A stretch of 64,000 nucleotides of DNA from the NCBI GenBank assembly GCA_963710375.1, contig CAVPZX010000006.1:64001-128000 (forward strand), read 5' to 3'. Below are positions 10,326-20,344 of this stretch, piece by piece. This DNA comes from Nitrospirota bacterium (GTDB lineage Bacteria; Nitrospirota; Thermodesulfovibrionia; Thermodesulfovibrionales; Dissulfurispiraceae). The position numbers were made by a program, and so were the translations under genes. Each line of letters begins with the position of its first letter. Position 1 is the stretch's first letter. The notes under the pieces are model-generated. The model saw only the letters and a list, made by a program, of their open reading frames with translations. It did no database searches and was not told the DNA's origin.

Positions 10326-10452
10326 TGAGGACAAGGGTACTCTATCACACTATGTTGAAGAAATCGAGTTCGTGATATCTTTTCCAAGCCCTTAAAGCGG
10401 CAAATAAGTTATAATTAATATTAATTATACTTTTGCTAGGAGGATTCATTTC

Positions 10453-11643
10453 ATGCTTTCTGAGAGAACACAAAGAATTCAGCCGTCGGCAACTCTGGCC
10501 ATGGATGCCAAGGCAAAGTCTATGAAGGCCCGGGGTATCGATGTGCTTAATTTTGGTGTCGGTGAGCCTGATTTCGATACGCCGGACCATGTTAAAGAGG
10601 CCGCTGTCAAAGCGATAAGGGATGGTTTTACAAAATATACCGCGGTTGGCGGCATTGATGAGCTTAAGGAGGCGATCACAAAAAAGCTTGCCGTCGATAA
10701 TAATCTTGACTATACCAAGGAAGAGGTTATCGTCTCGTGCGGGGCAAAACACAGCCTGTATAATATTGCGCAGGCACTGTTTAATCCCGGGGATGAGGTT
10801 ATAATACCTGTTCCATACTGGGTATCCTATCCTGATCAGGCGCTTCTTAATGACGCTGACCCAGTATTTGTCCCCACATATGAGGGGGACAATTTCATGC
10901 TGCGCCCCGGGGAGCTTGAATCGAAAATAACAGGCAGGACTAAGGCGCTTATACTCAATTCTCCTTCGAATCCGACAGGGTCTGCTTATGATCAGAAAGC
11001 GCTTGAGGAGATTGCCGGGATAGCGGTTAAACGGAACATCTTCGTCATTTCTGACGAAATCTACGAGAAACTTGTATATGACGGCATACGGCATGTGAGC
11101 ATAGCCTCATTGGGCAGCGAGATAAAAAAAAGGACCATTGTTGTTAACGGGCTTTCCAAATCTCATGCCATGACCGGCTGGAGGATAGGATACGCTGCCG
11201 GGCCAAGGGAAATTATTAAGGCCATGACCAACATACAGAGTCAGTCCACCTCAAATCCTACTTCTATATCACAGAAGGCTGCTGTGGCGGCCCTTACAGG
11301 GCCCCAGGACTTCACATCCGTTATGCGTACCGAATTCGACAGGAGGAGAAAAGTCCTTGTCGGCGGTCTGAATGCCATTGAGGGTATTAGCTGTCTGAAT
11401 CCCAAAGGCGCTTTTTATGCGTTCCCGAACGTTTCAAAGTTTTACGGGAAGGGTGTGGGGACAAGATGGATAAATTCATCGCTCGATATGGCGACTTATC
11501 TGCTGGAAGAGGCGAATATTGCCCTGGTTCATGGTGAAGCATTTGGTGATGATAAGTATATCCGGATATCATATGCGACATCAATGGATATCATAAAACA
11601 GGGACTTGAGCGCATGATGGATGCTTTATCGAAACTGAAGTAG
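10453..11643 (+). CDS. PLP-dependent class I aminotransferase (aspartate aminotransferase-like)
   Basis: GEPDFDTP, NSPSNPTG, DEIY, SKSHAMTGWRIGY. Confidence 0.93.
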   Translation: MLSERTQRIQPSATLAMDAKAKSMKARGIDVLNFGVGEPDFDTPDHVKEAAVKAIRDGFTKYTAVGGIDELKEAITKKLAVDNNLDYTKEEVIVSCGAKHSLYNIAQALFNPGDEVIIPVPYWVSYPDQALLNDADPVFVPTYEGDNFMLRPGELESKITGRTKALILNSPSNPTGSAYDQKALEEIAGIAVKRNIFVISDEIYEKLVYDGIRHVSIASLGSEIKKRTIVVNGLSKSHAMTGWRIGYAAGPREIIKAMTNIQSQSTSNPTSISQKAAVAALTGPQDFTSVMRTEFDRRRKVLVGGLNAIEGISCLNPKGAFYAFPNVSKFYGKGVGTRWINSSLDMATYLLEEANIALVHGEAFGDDKYIRISYATSMDIIKQGLERMMDALSKLK

Positions 11644-11644
11644 C

Positions 11645-12535
11645 ATGGTGATGGATAAGTTCCGTTCAGGATATGTATCCCTAACCGGCAGGCCGAATGT
11701 CGGCAAATCCACTCTGCTCAACGCCATTCTCGGAGAAAAGGTTTCCATTGTAACACCTAAACCCCAGACAACCCGGAACCGGCTTATAGGGATAAAAACG
11801 CTGCCTGATGCCCAGATAATCTTTGTTGATACCCCTGGAATCCACAAGCCAAAGCACAAACTTGGAGAGATTATTGTGAGGGAGGCCCGCGGGGCGGCTG
11901 CTGAGGTAGATCTTATTGTGTTTATTGCAGAGCCTGATCTGCCAGGCCCTGGCGATAAATTTATAATAAAGATGTTGCATGACCTGGGGAAGCCGACCTT
12001 ACTCGTCATAAATAAGATTGATACGAAGAAGAAGCTGCAGGTGCTTCCTGTGATCGAGGCTTACAGCAGTCTTTATCCCTTCAGGGAAATAATCCCTGTC
12101 TCAGCACTCAAGGGGGACGGGGTCAACATTCTTCTGAACAATGTCGTGCAGTATCTCCCCGAGGGACCGAAATACTATCCGGATGACATTGTGACTGATC
12201 AGATAGAACGGTTTATGGTCGCTGAGGTGGTCAGGGAAAAGGTCATGCAGCAGACCGAGGAAGAGATTCCACATTCAACAGCTACCGAAGTTTTACAATG
12301 GTCCGAGCGGAAAGACGGCGTTATTTTTATCACCGTTAATATTTATGTTGAAAGAAAGGGGCAAAAGGGTATAATAATAGGAAAAGAAGGCGCCAGATTA
12401 AAGGCCATTGGAACAGCTGCGCGCATCGAAATAGAGCAATTGTTGGGAACAAAAGTCTTTTTGGAGTTGTGGGTCAAGGTCAGGAAAGATTGGCGCAGTA
12501 ATAACCTTATGTTGAGTGAATTGGGGTTTAAATAA
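11645..12535 (+). CDS. era: GTPase Era
   Basis: GRPNVGKST, PQTTR, DTPG, NKID, KH domain IIIGKEG. Confidence 0.96.
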   Translation: MVMDKFRSGYVSLTGRPNVGKSTLLNAILGEKVSIVTPKPQTTRNRLIGIKTLPDAQIIFVDTPGIHKPKHKLGEIIVREARGAAAEVDLIVFIAEPDLPGPGDKFIIKMLHDLGKPTLLVINKIDTKKKLQVLPVIEAYSSLYPFREIIPVSALKGDGVNILLNNVVQYLPEGPKYYPDDIVTDQIERFMVAEVVREKVMQQTEEEIPHSTATEVLQWSERKDGVIFITVNIYVERKGQKGIIIGKEGARLKAIGTAARIEIEQLLGTKVFLELWVKVRKDWRSNNLMLSELGFK

Positions 12536-12987
12536 TGTTTATTCAGATGAAGGTTGAGGGTCTTCTTTTTGATCCTCGGAGCGGTATGTATATCCTGCTC
12601 CTGCAGCAAGTGGATGGTAATGAAACGCTTCCTATCTGGATCGGAAAGCCTGAGGCCGATGCGATAGCTCTTGCCCTTGGTAAGGTCATTACCCCAAGGC
12701 CGCTCACACATGATCTGATTAAAAATGTTTTTGACGGGCTGAATTCCAAGGTAACGAGAATTGTCATTACCGAAATTGTCGATAACACCTATTATGCCCT
12801 GATATATGCAGATAACGGCAAAAAAGAGGTCTCAATTGACTCGCGACCGTCTGATGCAGTTGCTGTTGCGCTCAGAGTGCAGGCACCTATTTTCATTGAA
12901 GAGCGTGTGCTTGAGGTCCGAAGGGCTGACGAGCTTGAGGAATGGCTTAAGAATCTCAGGCCGGAAGATTTCGGCAATATTATGTAA
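12535..12987 (+). CDS. Bifunctional nuclease family protein (DUF151)
   Basis: LPIWIG..EA, RPLTHDL, IDSRPSDA. Confidence 0.9.
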   Translation: MFIQMKVEGLLFDPRSGMYILLLQQVDGNETLPIWIGKPEADAIALALGKVITPRPLTHDLIKNVFDGLNSKVTRIVITEIVDNTYYALIYADNGKKEVSIDSRPSDAVAVALRVQAPIFIEERVLEVRRADELEEWLKNLRPEDFGNIM

Positions 12988-12990
12988 TGC

Positions 12991-13107
12991 AGGCAATAGG
13001 CAATAGGTGATAGGAAAAGAAAAAAATTCTCGTTCTGTTTTGTCTGCTCTTTATCTTATGCATTTGTTTTTTTCCCATAACCTATTGCCTATCGCCTATC
13101 GCCTATT
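12991..13107. repeat. Inverted heptamer tandem array (AGGCAAT)n ... (CCTATYG)n
   Basis: aggcaat aggcaat aggtgat at 12991-13011; cctattg cctatcg cctatcg cctatt at 13081-13107. Confidence 0.8.
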
Positions 13108-13115
13108 TTTTTAAA

Positions 13116-13883
13116 ATGCTAAAGCGAACTTATGGCATCGTTCTCAAGAATAGTGTTTTCGGGGAAGCCGACCTCATTGTTACCTATCTGACTCCCAATT
13201 ATGGATTGTTAAAGGCCTTTGCGAAGAGCCCGCGAAAAGTCAGGAGCAGATTCGGCAGCAGTCTTGAACCACTTACCTATGCTAGGATTTCGTTCTTCGG
13301 CAAAGAAGAAGCCAGTCTCCCGCGGTTGACTCAGTCTGATATTATAAAACCATTTCATGTATTGCGCTGCGATTTTAAACGTCTGCTTAATGTATCCGAG
13401 ATACTGGAACTGTGCCTCAATTTTCTCCCTGAAAGGGAGCCTGCCCCTGAGATTTTCAAGCTTCTCCTGCATATGATGACAATGCTGGAATCCAATGCCG
13501 ACAACAAACTCTTTTATCTTTTTTATAAAATGAGGTTGCTGCAGTCAGCTGGCTACGCGCCGAGGCTGGCTGCATGCGGAAAATGCGGCGCACACACCTG
13601 TTCACTGAAAAGTCGGGAGACTTTTGAGGGTGAATATCATAATTTTTATGTGCCCCATGGTACGGTTATTTGCAGTCGTTGTTTTACCGGCGAAGGCAAG
13701 TTCGTTCGCCTTTCGCGCAGCGCCCTGAGATTTCACGAGAGCCTTCTTAAGTGGGACCCCTCAGCCATTGACAGGGTCAATGCACCGGGACATCTTGTGG
13801 AAGAACTCATGGACATAATCGATGCTCATATCAGTTATGTGCTCGGCCCTTCTCGGTTTGCCGGAAAAACGCGCACTCTTTAA
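13116..13883 (+). CDS. recO: DNA repair protein RecO
   Basis: GEADLIV, SRFGSSLEP, CxxC..CxxC zinc finger; follows era. Confidence 0.92.
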   Translation: MLKRTYGIVLKNSVFGEADLIVTYLTPNYGLLKAFAKSPRKVRSRFGSSLEPLTYARISFFGKEEASLPRLTQSDIIKPFHVLRCDFKRLLNVSEILELCLNFLPEREPAPEIFKLLLHMMTMLESNADNKLFYLFYKMRLLQSAGYAPRLAACGKCGAHTCSLKSRETFEGEYHNFYVPHGTVICSRCFTGEGKFVRLSRSALRFHESLLKWDPSAIDRVNAPGHLVEELMDIIDAHISYVLGPSRFAGKTRTL

Positions 13884-14755
13884 AAGGCAACTGCTTTGAA
13901 AAACGTATAACAGAAAACTCCATCCGGTTCTGTTGCCCGATAAAGGTCCCGGATGCCTTTGTCGAAGGAGTTTTTATCAATTAACCCCGCTGCAAGTGCC
14001 GATTCACGTACCCCCTCGATCATGGCGGTAAAGGTTTTTTTTGTGAAGCCTTCAACGAGTTCGGGTTTGCCGGCATCAACATAAACCAATCGGGGAGATA
14101 CATGTATTGTCCCGAAGCCGGCCTCGTGCAGGAGTGGGTACAGTTCTCTGCCGATATTTGCGTTTCCGCCGGATCGTTTTTGCAGCTCAACCTGGCAACT
14201 AATGGCCTTATGAGCCGACTCACTATCAGGGAAGAAATATGCTGAACCGTGATCACCTTCTATCACGGTCATTGACCCGCCAATCTTCAAATGGCTTTTC
14301 AGAATCTTTAATGCCTCGACTGGCCGGGGCAGATGTTCGAGAACAAAACAGACAAAAACATGGTCGAATGAATTTGGCTCGAAGGGTAGATGGAAAATGT
14401 CACCTTGATCAAATATGACGTTAGTGATCCCTGCAGCCTCAGCATTCAACCTGGCAGTGAGGATTGAGTTTTCAGATACATCAACAGAAGTGAACAGTGC
14501 TTCCGGGCTATTTCCGGCAAGAGTTAATGTTTGTGCTCCTACGCCACAGCCTGCCTCCAAAATCTTGCTGCCTGCCGGGTAAATAGTGTCTGAGTGCAGC
14601 AACTCCACCAGTGTTGAAGCTTGATCCTGAAGACGGATATTTTCTTTAAGATCGTAGCCATGTACATATGAGTTTTTCAGTTCCATCTCCTTCATAGCCG
14701 GAAAACGCTTTGAGCTGCGACTCTTCGTCGCTCTCATGTCTGCAAATTCTATCAT
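13880..14755 (-). CDS. SAM-dependent methyltransferase (true start probably near 14686-14695)
   Basis: YVHGY, ILEAGCGVG, FVLEHL, IEGDHGS. Confidence 0.85.
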   Translation of the reverse strand: MIEFADMRATKSRSSKRFPAMKEMELKNSYVHGYDLKENIRLQDQASTLVELLHSDTIYPAGSKILEAGCGVGAQTLTLAGNSPEALFTSVDVSENSILTARLNAEAAGITNVIFDQGDIFHLPFEPNSFDHVFVCFVLEHLPRPVEALKILKSHLKIGGSMTVIEGDHGSAYFFPDSESAHKAISCQVELQKRSGGNANIGRELYPLLHEAGFGTIHVSPRLVYVDAGKPELVEGFTKKTFTAMIEGVRESALAAGLIDKNSFDKGIRDLYRATEPDGVFCYTFFKAVAF

Positions 14756-14932
14756 ACCACTTGTTAATTCTTTTTTCGTTTTTTTGACTGTGATCTGCGT
14801 AAAAGGGTAAAATATATATCATAATAAAATGCAATTAACAGGAAAGAGTTTAACAAGAAAATGAGTCAAGATGATAGCTGAACCGCTCATTCTTCAACGA
14901 AACCGGGGTCTTCAATTGACGATGCCTCCGCT

Positions 14933-16768
14933 ATGAAATTAAAAGCCAAATTCACACTAATCGTCTGTTGCCTTGTTATTACTATTCTTGTACTAACTGC
15001 GTTCTTCGCCTTTTCTCACTACAAAAAATCCATCAAAGAAGCTATCGCTAAGCAACAATTCCTCACGATCTCCGCACTTGCAGATGAAATTGACACTAAA
15101 CTTTTGACCGCTCAACAGGATCTTATCTTGATTGCAAAGGCCACTCCTCCTAACATAATGCAAAATACTGAAAAGGCGCAGGCCTTCCTTGACAACAGGC
15201 CGATTATGCACACAATATTTGACAATCATCTTTTTTTATTCACGCCATCAGGCAAAATATTCGTTGAATCACCGTATATTCCGGGCAGAAGGGGACTGGA
15301 CCTTTCTTTCCGCGAGTACATAATAAACACCCTTAAGACAAAAAAAAACTATATCTCTGATCCGTATGTGTCCTCGCAGCCGCATAAACATCCGGTCATC
15401 ATGCTCACAGTGCCGCTTTTTGACCACAAAGGCAAAATAACGGGCATATTAACCGGGAGCATCGATCTTATGAGAGATAACTTCCTGGGGAGACTAAGCG
15501 CTGTAAAAATAGGTAGAGAAGGTTATCTCTATCTGACTACTACTGACAGGACCTTGATTATGCATCCTGACAAGAAAAGGATACTGACAAAACAAGCTAC
15601 AGGCTTAAACAGGCTTTACGATGAGGCCATAGAGGGATTTGAGGGCACTGACGAAACCGTAACGTCATACGGTATAAAAATGGTTTCTTCTTTCAAGCGG
15701 CTGAAGGCAAAAAACTGGATCCTGGGTGCAAACTATCCTCAAGCTGAAGCATATAGTCCTATCCGGCAGGCGGAACACTATTTTTTAATCGCCACTATTG
15801 CAGGGATCATAGCGGTATTTTTTATCATTTCCTTCATCATAAAATATTTGACAAAGCCTCTTGAACTTTTCACCCGTCACGTTCAGGACCTTCCACAAAA
15901 AACAGGGGACGACAGATTCCTGAAAATAGAGACAAAAGATGAGATAGGAACGCTTTCCCTGGCATTCAATAAGATGGTGACCGAGATTGACAAGAGGTCG
16001 GAACTGGAACGGAGTAAGGAAGCGCTAAAGGAAGCGCATGACGAATTGGAGCTTCGGATAGAGGAACGCACAGCCGCATTAAACGCAGCCAATACGGCAT
16101 TAACAGTCGAGATCAGCGTGCGCAAGAAGGCCGAACAGCAGATAAAGCAGTCCCTGAAAGAGAAAGAAACACTTCTGAGGGAAATCCATCACCGGGTAAA
16201 GAACAACATGGCGGTAGTGTCAAGCCTCCTTTCTTTAGAGGCAAAAAAAATAAAGGATGCCACTGTGAGAGCCCTATTCGAAGAAAGCCAGCAGAGGATC
16301 AGGTCCATAGCCCTTGTTCATGAAAGGCTCTATCAGACAAAGGACCTATCAGCCATTAATTTTGAAGGCTACATCAAGTCAATAATTGCGGAGATAATCA
16401 GCCTGTACCGCATTGATACGAGCGCGATCACTACGGAAATCAACATTGGGGGTATTGAACTCGATCTGGAATCAGCCGTACCGTGCGGCCTGATAATCAA
16501 CGAACTCCTCACAAATGCCTTCAAACACGCTTTCCCTAATAATGGAGGTGGGTTAATAAGCATCAATTTTGCAGAGACTGACGGCGCCCACACACTGACA
16601 ATCAAAGACAACGGTGTCGGCCTGCCGGAAGGGTTTGATTATAAAGAGGCAAACACCCTGGGTCTTCAGCTTGTCAAAGTTTTAACGAGACAGCTTAAGG
16701 GAACTCTCCAAATCAAATCTGTTAAAGGAACAGAAGCCATAGTTTCGTTTAAAACCGAGAGGGATTAA
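14933..16768 (+). CDS. Membrane sensor histidine kinase (Cache-HAMP-HisKA_2-HATPase)
   Basis: Two TM segments flanking a Cache-like domain, HAMP 'DEIGTLSLAFNKM', EIHHRVKNN, NELLTNAFKHAF, DNGVG. Confidence 0.9.
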   Translation: MKLKAKFTLIVCCLVITILVLTAFFAFSHYKKSIKEAIAKQQFLTISALADEIDTKLLTAQQDLILIAKATPPNIMQNTEKAQAFLDNRPIMHTIFDNHLFLFTPSGKIFVESPYIPGRRGLDLSFREYIINTLKTKKNYISDPYVSSQPHKHPVIMLTVPLFDHKGKITGILTGSIDLMRDNFLGRLSAVKIGREGYLYLTTTDRTLIMHPDKKRILTKQATGLNRLYDEAIEGFEGTDETVTSYGIKMVSSFKRLKAKNWILGANYPQAEAYSPIRQAEHYFLIATIAGIIAVFFIISFIIKYLTKPLELFTRHVQDLPQKTGDDRFLKIETKDEIGTLSLAFNKMVTEIDKRSELERSKEALKEAHDELELRIEERTAALNAANTALTVEISVRKKAEQQIKQSLKEKETLLREIHHRVKNNMAVVSSLLSLEAKKIKDATVRALFEESQQRIRSIALVHERLYQTKDLSAINFEGYIKSIIAEIISLYRIDTSAITTEINIGGIELDLESAVPCGLIINELLTNAFKHAFPNNGGGLISINFAETDGAHTLTIKDNGVGLPEGFDYKEANTLGLQLVKVLTRQLKGTLQIKSVKGTEAIVSFKTERD

Positions 16769-16770
16769 AC

Positions 16771-18078
16771 ATGGAAAAGAAGAACATACTTATAATTGAA
16801 GACGAAGGAGTGCTTGCCTTACAGATAGAAGATGAGCTTTTGCGGATGGGGCATTCTATAGCCGGAATATATACCTCGGGAGAGGAAGCGCTTGGAGGCA
16901 TAGGAACAGCCAGGCCTGATCTGGTGCTGATGGACATAAAGCTTAAGGGAAAGATGGACGGTATAGAGACTGCTGATCGCATAAATAAGCAGTATGACAT
17001 ACCAATAATATATATGACGGCACACTCTGAGGAAAGCACAATTAAAAGGGCGAAACAGACAGATCCCTATGGATATTTGCTGAAGCCTATCAATGTCAAT
17101 GAACTTCAAATAGCCGTAGAAGTAGCGCTGTACAAATCTAAAATACACAAGGAAAAGGCACAGCTGACGCAGAAACTGCGAGAGAGCGAGGAACGTCTGA
17201 GTCTGGCATTGAAAGCATCAGGACAGTCTATTTATGATTCGAATCTAAAAACAGGCGAAGCTATAGTAAGTCCTAATTATGCCCTTATGCTTGGCTATGA
17301 TCCTGCTGAATTTCACGAGACCACCACAGAATGGATTAAGAGACTGCACCCTGATGACAGGGAACGGGTAGCTGCTGTTTACAGAGCTTACATTAAGGGG
17401 GAAATACCTGAATATAAAGTGGAGTTCAGGCAGAAGACAAAGGACCGAAAGTGGAAATGGATACTGTCTGTAGCCAAAATCACGGAGCGTGATGCAGACG
17501 GGAAACCGCTGCGAATGATCGGAACTCATACGGACATCACCGAGCGTAAGCAAGCGGAAGAGAAGATTCACCACCTGGCAACCCACGATGCGTTAACGAA
17601 CTTGCCTGGTTTGAGATTGGCAAAAGACCGCATATTAATGTCCTTGAAGATGGCTGATCGAAATAAAAAATTGGCGGCAATAATGTATATAGACGTGGAC
17701 GGTTTCAAGGAGGTCAATGATAGCTATGGGCATGTCGCAGGGGATATGTTGCTTAAAGAGTTGGGAAAGCGCCTTCTTTCCTGTGTACGCAAAGTTGACA
17801 CTGTTGCACGTATCGGAGGCGACGAATTTCTGCTGGTCTTAACAGAACTGCAATCTCCTGACGATGCAGCGCTTATTGCCAAGAAGATACTCCGGCTCAT
17901 GTCCCAACCTTTTGACCTTTATGGTAGGGTGGCGACAGTTGGGTTAAGTATCGGGATTGCGCTTTATCCGGATCACGGCAAGGATGCGGAGAGTTTAATT
18001 AAACAAGCAGATAAAGCTATGTACGTAATTAAGAATTCCGGAAAAAACAGGTACTCTTTCGCAAGTACAGCGAAGTAG
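16771..18078 (+). CDS. Response regulator-PAS-diguanylate cyclase
   Basis: REC (IED, LMDI, KP), PAS (LHPDD), GGDEF with RKVD I-site. Confidence 0.92.
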   Translation: MEKKNILIIEDEGVLALQIEDELLRMGHSIAGIYTSGEEALGGIGTARPDLVLMDIKLKGKMDGIETADRINKQYDIPIIYMTAHSEESTIKRAKQTDPYGYLLKPINVNELQIAVEVALYKSKIHKEKAQLTQKLRESEERLSLALKASGQSIYDSNLKTGEAIVSPNYALMLGYDPAEFHETTTEWIKRLHPDDRERVAAVYRAYIKGEIPEYKVEFRQKTKDRKWKWILSVAKITERDADGKPLRMIGTHTDITERKQAEEKIHHLATHDALTNLPGLRLAKDRILMSLKMADRNKKLAAIMYIDVDGFKEVNDSYGHVAGDMLLKELGKRLLSCVRKVDTVARIGGDEFLLVLTELQSPDDAALIAKKILRLMSQPFDLYGRVATVGLSIGIALYPDHGKDAESLIKQADKAMYVIKNSGKNRYSFASTAK

Positions 18079-18081
18079 TTC

Positions 18082-18258
18082 TTATTCATAAATTTATACA
18101 AGGGGCAGTCAGGCCACAGTGCTTCACTCATTCTCGCAAGGCATCCAGCCTTGCTCCGAGGCTATGACAGCCTGTGTCACCATCCTTGGTGTCACTTAGG
18201 CTGTCATAGTCCGCTCATCACCATGTCCCGCCTGCCCCTTGTATAAATTTATGAATAA
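18082..18258. mobile_element. 177-bp TIR-bounded MITE/REP-like element, family B
   Basis: Perfect 27-bp inverted repeats TTATTCATAAATTTATACAAGGGGCAG (18082-18108 and 18232-18258) plus internal stem GCTATGACAGCCT..AGGCTGTCATAGT; lies between convergent genes. Confidence 0.7.
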
Positions 18259-18264
18259 TGTGGG

Positions 18265-19035
18265 TTAAGGCGTATTTGAAATCCAGTTAACAATGATATC
18301 AACCACTTTATTTTCGATACCGAAATAGCCGTGAGCGCTCAAAGGTTCACATGGCCCTGATTCAGGAAATGCCCCACCGGTAACACCCTCGAAATCAACT
18401 TTAGGACTATGTTTGAATACCCTGGCCATACGTGCGGCCTCATCGAAAGGACATTTCTTGCATTCATCCTGACGATGATGGACCAGGAGCACCGGGTAGG
18501 AAGTCTTCTCAAGAGGAATCCAACGTAAAAACTCTGAATAACTCATTGTTGATGTAAGAATAACTCCTTTAATATTATCATGTTTCAGTTCTGCGCCAAG
18601 ATATGCCGCGGATATAGTGCCTCTGCTTGTCCCGACAAGATATATCGACTTGTACCCCTCCGACGTTAAGTATTCGACAACTTTTGTAATATCTTGCAGA
18701 TGCTCCTTTGATGTTCTGAAATTGTCATCCATTCCTCTTTTGTCGGAAGGAGAATCGACAACTGCGACGAGAAATCCCTTTTTTGCAAAATCCGGGGCGG
18801 TCCTGACTAAAAAATTCTTTCCTTTTGAGATAACTCCATTGTCGGAGCTGAATTGATTATACCCGCTTCCTCCCGGAAACATTATCAGAACTTTATCCGT
18901 CTGCGTATCAGTTGAAACAAGCAGAAGATTCAGAGTAACTCCCTGGCGAGTATCGATCTTGACGACTTCTTCACTCGCAAAAAGACATGAGGGGATCAGG
19001 ATCAAGAAGATAAAAAAGATTGTTTTCCTAAACAT
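18265..19035 (-). CDS. Exported alpha/beta hydrolase
   Basis: Signal peptide, GTSRG nucleophile elbow, C-terminal His (HGY). Confidence 0.8.
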   Translation of the reverse strand: MFRKTIFFIFLILIPSCLFASEEVVKIDTRQGVTLNLLLVSTDTQTDKVLIMFPGGSGYNQFSSDNGVISKGKNFLVRTAPDFAKKGFLVAVVDSPSDKRGMDDNFRTSKEHLQDITKVVEYLTSEGYKSIYLVGTSRGTISAAYLGAELKHDNIKGVILTSTMSYSEFLRWIPLEKTSYPVLLVHHRQDECKKCPFDEAARMARVFKHSPKVDFEGVTGGAFPESGPCEPLSAHGYFGIENKVVDIIVNWISNTP

Positions 19036-19168
19036 ATAAATACTCTCCTTCAGTTTTTCTTATCGCTTGATTTGAGTGTAACATAACTTGCCCCGGGATT
19101 GGCGGGTACTTGCGCGATGGGCATTATTCCGATTATCATTATGAATTCAACTGAGGTGAATACTTGTT

Positions 19169-20344
19169 ATGCCTGTGCATACCGGTCTTGACAGCTTTGA
19201 AAAGAGGTGGCCGAAAGGCTTAAGGGGAGCGAGGGTTGGGCTCCTTGTACACCCTGCTTCAGTGAACAGGAAACTGGAGCATGCTGCAGACCTCTTCCTG
19301 CGATCACGCAAGCTTACACTCAAGGTCCTTTTCGGCCCGCAGCACGGTATCCGTGGCGAGACACAGGATAATATGATTGAATGGGAAGGTTTCAGGGACG
19401 GGCGCACTGGATTGCCTGTTTTCAGTCTTTACGGCCACACAAGGAAGCCTGAGTCGGCGATGCTGGAAGACATCGACGTAATGGTTATCGATTTGCAGGA
19501 TATCGGTTCGCGCTACTATACGTTCATTTGGACTATGGAACTCTGCATGCAGTCCTGTCTTGAGGCTGGCAAACCGGTAGTGGTTCTCGACAGGCCCAAT
19601 CCCATAGGCGGCACGCTTGTGGAGGGACCGGTGCTCGATGAGCAATGTGCATCGTTTGTCGGACAACGGCCGCTTCCTGTGCGCCACGGTATGAGCATGG
19701 GGGAAATCGCATTATATTTGAAAGAATCATTCTATCCAGGACTTGAATTGCACATTGTTCCCATGCAAGGCTGGCAGAGAAAAATGTGGTTTGATAATAC
19801 GAAATTGCCCTGGGTTTTGCCTTCACCGAACATGCCTGCAATAGATACAGCATCCGTGTATCCTGGAATGTGTCTTCTGGAAGGGACCATGGTCAGTGAA
19901 GGACGCGGCACCACGCGCCCATTCGAGATTTTCGGCGCCCCCTATATAGATCCGGACAGACTTGTCAAAAAGCTCATTACATATAAACTGTCTGGTGTAG
20001 TTTTCAGGCCGATGTACTTTAAGCCTGCTTTTCAAAAGCATGCAGGCGCGCTCTGCGGAGGGGCGCAGATACATATTACCGGAAGGGAGCGCTTCAGGCC
20101 GTTCAGAACAGGAGTTGCCGTTATCATGTCTATACTAGATCTTTACCCGAAAGATTTCCTGTGGAAGCTTCCTCCATATGAATATGAAACGGAGAAAATG
20201 CCTTTCGATATTTTGGCAGGAACGGAAAGACTCAGGCAGGAGATAGAAAAGGGAGAGCGCCTCGACCGGATGGAGGCGTGGTGGAGAGAACAGAGTCAAA
20301 GCTTTCAGAAGAATGTGCGAAGAAGATTTATGCTTTATGTTTAA
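19169..20344 (+). CDS. namZ: Exo-beta-N-acetylmuramidase NamZ family (DUF1343)
   Basis: FGPQHG, DLQDIGSRYYT, LDRPNP, PSPNMP, SEGRGTTRPFE. Confidence 0.88.
   Translation: MPVHTGLDSFEKRWPKGLRGARVGLLVHPASVNRKLEHAADLFLRSRKLTLKVLFGPQHGIRGETQDNMIEWEGFRDGRTGLPVFSLYGHTRKPESAMLEDIDVMVIDLQDIGSRYYTFIWTMELCMQSCLEAGKPVVVLDRPNPIGGTLVEGPVLDEQCASFVGQRPLPVRHGMSMGEIALYLKESFYPGLELHIVPMQGWQRKMWFDNTKLPWVLPSPNMPAIDTASVYPGMCLLEGTMVSEGRGTTRPFEIFGAPYIDPDRLVKKLITYKLSGVVFRPMYFKPAFQKHAGALCGGAQIHITGRERFRPFRTGVAVIMSILDLYPKDFLWKLPPYEYETEKMPFDILAGTERLRQEIEKGERLDRMEAWWREQSQSFQKNVRRRFMLYV

Noticed and set aside
10345..11094. Long antisense ORFs (also 36419-37198, 9221-9901, 44186-44800)
   Set aside because: Shadows of well-supported genes on the opposite strand, with no motifs.
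14756..14932. c-di-GMP riboswitch upstream of the kinase/GGDEF pair
   Set aside because: No recognisable GEMM consensus or convincing stems.
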